From Chrysomallon squamiferum (taxonomy: Eukaryota > Animalia > Mollusca), in NCBI GenBank assembly GCA_012295275.1, contig CM022676.1:10974001-11038000 (forward strand): a stretch of 64,000 nt of DNA, written 5' to 3'. The position numbers and the translations under genes are program-made. Positions 56,401 to 64,000 of this stretch are shown here, one piece after another. The notes under the pieces are model-generated. The model ran no database searches. It was not told the DNA's origin and worked only from the letters and a program-made list of their open reading frames with translations. The number at the start of each line of letters is the position of its first letter. Within the stretch, counting starts at the first letter, position 1.

Positions 56401-59400
56401 ATTCTGTTTTAATAAGTAGGTTGTCAAGAATAACTTATTAAAAAGTAGATTATAGAAATCATTTCAGTAATAAATTATATAAATTATTTTTAAGTAGATT
56501 ATAGAAATCATTTTAGTAATAAACTATATAAATTATTTTTAAGCAGGATATCAATTATTATTTTTATTAATAAGAATGTTTTATAAATTATTTGTATTAG
56601 CAGGTAGACCATATATTAGTTTAATTAATATGTAGGCTGTATATATATTTTTTAATTAATTTCTAGGGCATATCAATTATTTAATAATGTGTAATAATAA
56701 TAAGTACCCTAGCTGTGTAAATTTCTGTTAATAGTTATACTGAATCATTTTTTTCTTTTATAAGCACACTATTCCAACTATGTCTTTGATAAATTAGATT
56801 TGTAGATTCGTGCCATTACTAAAAACAAATAATCAAAACCTCACCATGGTGTCAAATATACAGTCTTCCAGATTTCCACCAACAAAACTGCTTTGAACTG
56901 ATTGACATAAATTAACACTTTTGGATTGTGAGAATAATTTCATACATATCCCTGCTGCTAGAGATAGTCTTATGGTCTGAGTAGTATTTGACACATCCTA
57001 TGGTTAAAGGTGAAAAAAAAGAAAATCTCTAAATATTGATACATATCTCATTTAATAACAGAAATTACAAAAATAATAACAATGACAACAACTACAGTAG
57101 CTATGGAAATAAAAATTTTGAAAGCAAGGGTAAACTAGGAGTGACATTTAGAACACATCTCCACCCTAAACTCAGTCATTTAATATTATTCAGGTTATTC
57201 TGTTTGGAAACAGGGAAATGAAATTTCTTGAGTACAGGGATGCACAAGTTGATGAAGATAGAATAAAGTTTGTGTGTTTGTTTGTTCAAAGAGAAACACA
57301 GAGAGGGATAGTGTTCAGAGGTTATCAATTTACTAACAATTCAGCTCAACATATTGCACCAACAGACTCACTCTTTTTCTTAAACTGCTGTGAACATTGA
57401 CTTCACTCTCAGCGTAAGTGACAGATCTTTTTTTCTTGCGAGCTCGGAAGATGCATTTTCTCCTATTTGGTTTTTCCACTGTTTTAGGTTGATAGGCTTG
57501 ACAGAACTCACGTTCCACAGTTGGTCCACATATTGTTTCCTGGCAAGGCAGATGTTTACATTTGACTTGTTTAGGACAATAACACAGGAATGAAACATCT
57601 TTCCACTTTTTGAGGTTGTTATGGTTACTGCTGAACAAAAGATTCTCCGAATCAGCAATTCTGTCAAAATATTAAATGGTATTACTTGTTTGACATATCT
57701 AACATGTTCACATCATTTCAGAAACTGTTACTAATAATAAAATACAAAACCACTCCTACCTTTATTTCAGCAGAACTGTTACTACTAGTATCACATCAGA
57801 GAATAATAATAAAATACAAAACCACTCCTACCTTTATTTCAGCAGAACTGTTACTACTAGTATTACATCAGAGAATAATAATAAAATACAAAACCACTCC
57901 TACCTTTATTTCAGCAGAACTGTTACTACTAGTATCACATCAGAGAATAATAATAAAATACAAAACCACTCCTACCTTTATTTCAGCAGAACTGTTACTA
58001 CTAGTATCACATCAGAGAATAATAATAAAATACAAAACCACTCCTACCTTTATTTCAGCAGAACTGTTACTACTAGTATCACATCAGAGAATAATAATAA
58101 AATACAAAACCACTCCTACCTTTATTTCAGCAGAACTGTTACTACTAGTATCACATCAGAGAATAATAATAAAATACAAAACCACTCCTACCTTTATTTC
58201 AGCAGAACTGTTACTACTAGTATTACATCAGAGAATAATAATAAAATACAAAACCACTCCTACCTTTATTTCAGCAGAACTGTTACTACTAGTATTACAG
58301 CTGCCGCAGCGTCTACTTCTACAACAAAACCTACTGCAACATGCTGCTAATAATAGAAGTAGTAGTTGTAGCAGCTGCTGTAGCAATAGCACTACTGTAC
58401 AGAGAAAAATCACCAGTGAGAATGTATTTTATTCATTAGTTTGAACCAAAGTTAATATGACATATCTCCCTCTTCACAACAACATATTTGATATGAATGA
58501 ACTAAATATTACATACCTAAGCACCAGACCACAACTCATATATATTAATTTATGCACTAATCACTGTTTCAAAATATCTTATACTTTATTCATGAAGAAA
58601 GAAAACTAATGACTAAAATAATGTATTAAAAAAATAAAAATTAAAAATAAATTTCTGACAATTACTTCCAAGACTTTACGAAGTCATTGTCATTTGATGC
58701 CACCTGCTCACTACCACGCAGATATCTTTTCCCTGTACCAAGTTCTGCACAGAGGCCTCTCGTACTTTTATAATCCAGGATGGAAGGGTAGATGAACACA
58801 TTTAAGAATTTGTGTTTTGAAATATATACGTATGTGAACTCTTGTTCCTGTAGGAAGGTATGCCTTGGTGAAAAAAAGATAAATAATAATAATTAAAAAA
58901 AAAAAAAATACAGAAAAAAAATGAAAAGAAGAAATGTTAGGATATCTGCTGGTAATTAGATCAATCTGATTTGTATTACCTTTATGATAATAAAATTGAA
59001 AAATAATTTATTTGAATGAGTTACACCACTACGTTTTTAAACTGAACTAGTCAGTCACACAGACGGAACATAATATATAAATAAATAAAATATTACATAT
59101 AAATAAAATAATAATAAAATGTTATTATTACGCTTTATATTAAAGCATATCTAAAAATGAAGACAATCTGATTTCTGTAGCATAGTTAAGACAAAGATTA
59201 AGAACATGTAAAACTCAGTATCTCTTTGCTATACTGTTATTTTGTCGTGCAACTGTACCTCATATTCAGTTTCAGATTTCCGACGAACATCTAACACGTC
59301 ATTGCTATCATCATCACACAACAGGTAACCGATTCTGAATCTTTCTTCACACAGATTCACTTGAAATATATTTCTACCTGCTCTTATAACCACAGCACAG

Positions 59401-62400
59401 TTACAGGCAACAGATCCCCAACAGTTATAGGTTTTAATCTGAATCTGAAAATATAATTTATTTTTGTAAACACCTGTACATAGTTCACTTGTATGTCAGC
59501 CCATGTAAATAATATATTCACTCCGTATAAACATCCTAGTTCTGACAATCACAGTGTACTTATATACTTACATATACATTGTAGTTTACAGGTATATTTC
59601 ATCATACATGTATAGACTGTACGTAGTTATCACAGTGATTTTGCATGATAGGGTGTCGTTAAATGTTTGTTGATTCATTCATTGACTGTACATTTTAATA
59701 GTATATGTGTTTCAGCATGCATGCACATCTTTTAGAGTTTTATCTATCTAAGTGTATCTCGATCGAAAATTCTGTAAAATCTTTGACAATCACTACCAAT
59801 ATTTGGAAATCATTCAGGAAAATAAACAAATTAATACATAATGTCTCAATATTAACATAGCTGTTGCAAAAATCAAGTGATATATCTTGTGAAAAAGGAG
59901 CTGTTTTCCATGGCACTCTTATGAAACATCATGCTCATATAACGGGCTTAGGTTTTTTGTCTTTCTTTCTTCTTTTGCACAAAATCAGTACATTCATTAC
60001 TTTACAGCTTTTTCATATCATAATATTTGTATTCTGGCAGAATTTCCCATTCCAGTGTTTAGATGCCAAGAAATGCTGATTCTGCTTTTACTGTGTTAAA
60101 GATCTTTGAAGTGTCACTAATCACGATTCTGTGTATACAGCTTTAATTAGTTGTTTATTAATGTTCATAATCATAAAGAAAATAAGTTATAAGTCACCCT
60201 TATCTTCATACTGGAAAATGTTTCTGCAAATGATAGTTTTTGACAATCAAAACACAAAAAATGTATCAGTTTCTATCACTTTTACTCTCGGGCAGGAAAC
60301 ACAATTTGGAAAAAATTCATATCCGTATTTCAGAGGTCAGTAGTACTGGTGTATGCTGTGTACTTCAGTGTGGCGCTAAAGAAAATATTATCACTGCTTA
60401 CCATCCAATATACCACAATAACAGCATAGACAGAAATCAAGATTTCATATTTCGTGTATAATGGTATTTCTTGTCCCCTGGTGCTTAATGTAGAATATGT
60501 TTTAACTAGGGAAAATAATAAACATTTCTCCATATTGTTCTTGTAGATGCAAATCTTTGAGTGAAATTTTATACAGATGTGAATTCATCTATGTCCGTTT
60601 TTGTATGAGCATCTACATAGGTGTGAATGGGTGCTTGTTATTTGTTTTTACATAAACTTTAATATGCCTCTGGGTAATATGTGTTTATGTAGGTGTGAAT
60701 GTGTATAATCAGTGTTTATACAGGTGTTAATATGTTAGTAATATATATTTTATGTAGGTGAATATGTGTATGTAGGTGTCAGTATGTGTGTAACATGTAT
60801 TTATGTAAGAGTGAATATGTGTGTAATATGTGTTTATGTAGCTCTGAATGTGTGTAACATGTAAGTCTGAATATTTTTATTATGTGTATTTACATATACA
60901 CATGACTGTCTCTGTTTAATATGTGGTTATAAAGGTGTGAATGTGTGTAACACGTATTTATGTAAGTGAATTTGTGTGTAATATGTTTTTGTAGGTGTGA
61001 ATCAATGTAATATGTTTTTATGTAAGAGTGAATATGTGTGTAATATGTGTTTATGTAGGTGTAAATGTCTGTAATATATGGTTACGTAGGTGTGAATGTG
61101 CCCGCTAATATGTGTATCTTAATGTAAGTGCGAATCTGTCTGTGATGGTGTATAAATGTGTTTATGTAAATATGATTTGACTTGATATGTGTATGTGTTT
61201 ACATAGGAATGATTGCGTCTATATTGATATGTATAGATATTAAACCTGGTAGACCACACAGATGCATGAACCGTGTCTTAGATGAATGAATAACTAACTA
61301 AATAAATCTTACATCTATTGGATAATTTTTGACTGTGTAGAGCTGATACACGCCTGGGACCATGAAATCAATTTTTCTGTGTAAGGAAAACAATAAATCA
61401 AAAGAAGTTTGAGTAGATCACATGAAACAATAATAATAATAACAATAATAATAAAGTTCCTACATCTTTCAAATTCATTTTTATTTATGTTTAAGTTTAT
61501 TTATTTGTTTGAAGACATTTGTTTATTTATTTATTTTAATATTTGCAGTCAGTTATGATGACTAATACTGTAAAGAGCAGCTATGTGTGTGTGTATGTGT
61601 GGATGCGAAGGTGTGTGTGTGTGCATCAAACAAACATACATACTTTCCTTTTCCAAAGGTTGCTAGATGAGGATCACCTGTTGCTTGACAAGTTTCACCA
61701 GTGAGCAGTGTTAAATCTTTTACAATCTGGATCTGGCAAGAAATAAAAACAAATGAATGAATGAGTAAATAAATAAATAAATAAAAACGTTGTAGATAGT
61801 GTTACTTGCCTACATTAGGTATTTGGATTAGGGATATATGTTAGACATATGTATGAGTGTACTAGGCAGATAAAAGATATTTCTCTTATCTGAATATATC
61901 TGTTAATATGTCAAGTGCATGGCGGATATTTATGTGTGTTAAGTATATGTATATATGTATATATGTATGTATGTATGTGTATATGTATGTATATATTTAT
62001 ATACACACACACACACATACACACATATATATGTTCTAGATTTATGTCATATATATATATATATCTGTCTAGATGTGAAATCATAAAAATAACATACACA
62101 GTATTGCAACTAACACAAGACAACCCTTTGTAGCTGCTGCTTAAATATATCAGTTAAATGGCTAATTTCCGTGTCCTTATTGTTATTACAGAATTAATGT
62201 TTGACATCAGCTACGATATAGATTACAATGAGAATCGATGTTGAATGAGCTAACTAATCTAATTATCTTAACTGACTACTAGCCATTCATTGCTTTGTTT
62301 ATCACTAATTAGAGATGCAAAAATAAAATTTACATCGTTAAAAATATTGTTAAATCATCAAGCCATTAAATTTAACATTCTAAATATTTTCAGCATTGTT

Positions 62401-64000
62401 TCCATTATGAGGTTGATATGGCTGATACGTCCTCCATTTTGCTAAAAAACCATAACTCGAAATGTCGCATACCCAGTTCTACAAAACGTCCTACATTCAA
62501 AGGTACTAGTTAGATTAAAAAATTAAACTTACTATGACACTTCCAATGGTTGTGTAATTAGACCATATATCATGGCTGAGAAAAAGCTCTTCAGTGTGAA
62601 ACCTAAGTTTTGTGATTGTCACTCTCTTAGAATGAGTTTTCACCAGTGAGCTTGCTGTCACTGTCAGATATTGCACTTTGTTCCAGTTTTTACTTTCCAC
62701 TTGAATACCACACATAGTTTGCACAAGTGCATGTTCTCTACATTTTTCATTTTCATTGCTTGAGAAGACGAGAATGGATAGCTTACAATTAGTGTCTTCC
62801 ATACAACCAAATGGTGCACTAAGTTGAAATGGCACATCCACATATTCATTCTGTTTTATTACAAATGTATGATTTAACAGCTGAAAAAAAAAATTGATGA
62901 ACTTACAGTTTTAAATACACATAAACTCCCACATGCACCCACATAAACACAAACACATATTTTCCAGAATTCTCTGTCCAAGTGTTTATACCAAAGACCA
63001 GAAAGGGAAGGATAATACGTTTAAAGCAAGAGAAATGTATACATATTTTCCAACTAAACAAAAGCTGTTTAATAAAGAAGCATCTAGCAGATGTGATAAA
63101 TAACTACCCTGATGAACAATATGAACTGTCTGAGAGGAACAGGCTACTTACATAATCTAAATGGTTAATTTTATGTTGTCTGAAGTTTGTGTGACTGCAA
63201 AAAAGTGCATCTCTTATTTATTTATTTACTTACTTATTTACTTATTTATTTACTGTTTTCTATAAGAAATACAAAATAGTGTTTCGAGGTTTAGGACCAC
63301 TTACAGACAGAACAGTCATGGTAAGGTCATGAGAACCTGCAATGTGTGAATTGCCAGTAAAAAGGTGACAATTCTCAAAATATATTTCTCTTGAATGTAA
63401 GCTTCAAGTTTGAACACGGTTATGACATAATGTTCTGAGTACCGACCAACCAGTGTCTGCATGTAGTTTTATCTGCAACACCAGTGTCTGTATGTAGTTT
63501 TATCTGCAACACCAGTGTCTGCATGTAGTTTTATCTGCAACACCAGTGTCTGCATGTAGTTTTATCTGCAACACCAGTGTCTGTATGTAGTTTTATCTGC
63601 AACACCAGTGTCTGCATGTAGTTTTATCTGCAACACCAGTGTCAAATGTGCGGTCGTAAAATTGAACAGTCATGAGTCACATTGGTTTTATCTGTCAGTG
63701 ACTATATCTATATACTGCTCGTAAAAAACTGAACATATGTATATATATATATCAATATAAAACAGTAAAATATCCTATAAAATCTGTTGTACATATATAT
63801 ATATAATATAAAAATTGCATATATCAATAAAAAAAGCAAATGCCTATTGTTACACAGTATATAAATATAAAACAGCATATCAGTGATTACTGAACATGAA
63901 CTGGAGACAATCTCACCTTGATTCCAATAAATTCTCGTTTACTTATAACTGGTTTGCTGAGTGATGACAAATTCTTGTAGCTAGCTCTTAAAGCACAATG
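49691..64000 (-). CDS. VWDE-like (VWD + EGF) protein with C-terminal fibrinogen-related domain, copy B; continues right of the window; apparent +1 frameshift at 58815-58818
   Basis: 17 exons: 64000-63917 (partial, ..SKREFIGIK), 62880-62533, 61732-61644, 61376-61313, 59444-59259, 58863-58666, 57660-57372, 56997-56845, 55362-55185, 54821-54631, 54269-54006, 53774-53669, 53412-53286, 53033-52910, 51249-51104, 50258-50099, 49771-49691 (stop). After removing the extra base the exon lengths sum to 2787 nt (928 aa plus stop). Confidence 0.85.
51440..51955. repeat. 26-bp minisatellite in copy B intron
   Basis: Same unit as 34119-34545. Confidence 0.95.
57720..58296. repeat. 72-bp tandem repeat x~8 (copy B intron)
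   Basis: Same unit as 41275-41490, expanded. Confidence 0.9.
63449..63643. repeat. 31-bp tandem repeat x~6 (ACCAGTGTCTGCATGTAGTTTTATCTGCAAC)
   Basis: Direct reading. Confidence 0.9.

Noticed and set aside
57686-58444. 252-aa plus-strand ORF with 24-aa repeats
   Set aside because: A 72-bp VNTR antisense within an intron; copy number differs between paralogs.
46097-64000. Copy B as a pure haplotig artefact
   Set aside because: Its 3' flank is strongly diverged and lacks the PHLDB exons, which is hard to reconcile with an allele; not fully excluded without reads.

Overview
AT-rich, intron-rich eukaryotic (animal) genomic DNA, dense in micro- and minisatellites; the style suggests a mollusc such as a cephalopod (inference only). 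Most ORFs in the supplied track are repeat artefacts. Real genes were recovered by reading minus-strand exons with GT-AG boundaries. (1) 14.5-26.8 kb: three 5' coding exons of a PHLDB (LL5)-family gene encoding the N-terminal FHA domain; the rest of the gene lies left of the window. (2) 31.7-46.1 kb and 49.7-64.0 kb: two tandem copies of a gene with at least 17 exons encoding an unusual mosaic protein. It has a VWDE-like N-terminal region, a VWD domain with a GDPH motif, a polybasic furin-like linker, an EGF domain, a VWDE-like C-terminal Cys module and a terminal fibrinogen C (FReD) domain (at least 928 aa in the window). Each copy carries one different 1-bp homopolymer frameshift. A 200-N gap separates the copies. 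The DNA after the gap is a diverged, exon-less relic of PHLDB introns, which points to an older segmental duplication whose gene body was later homogenised. Also present: a Tigger/pogo non-autonomous transposon, other TE relics and a candidate CTCF site.
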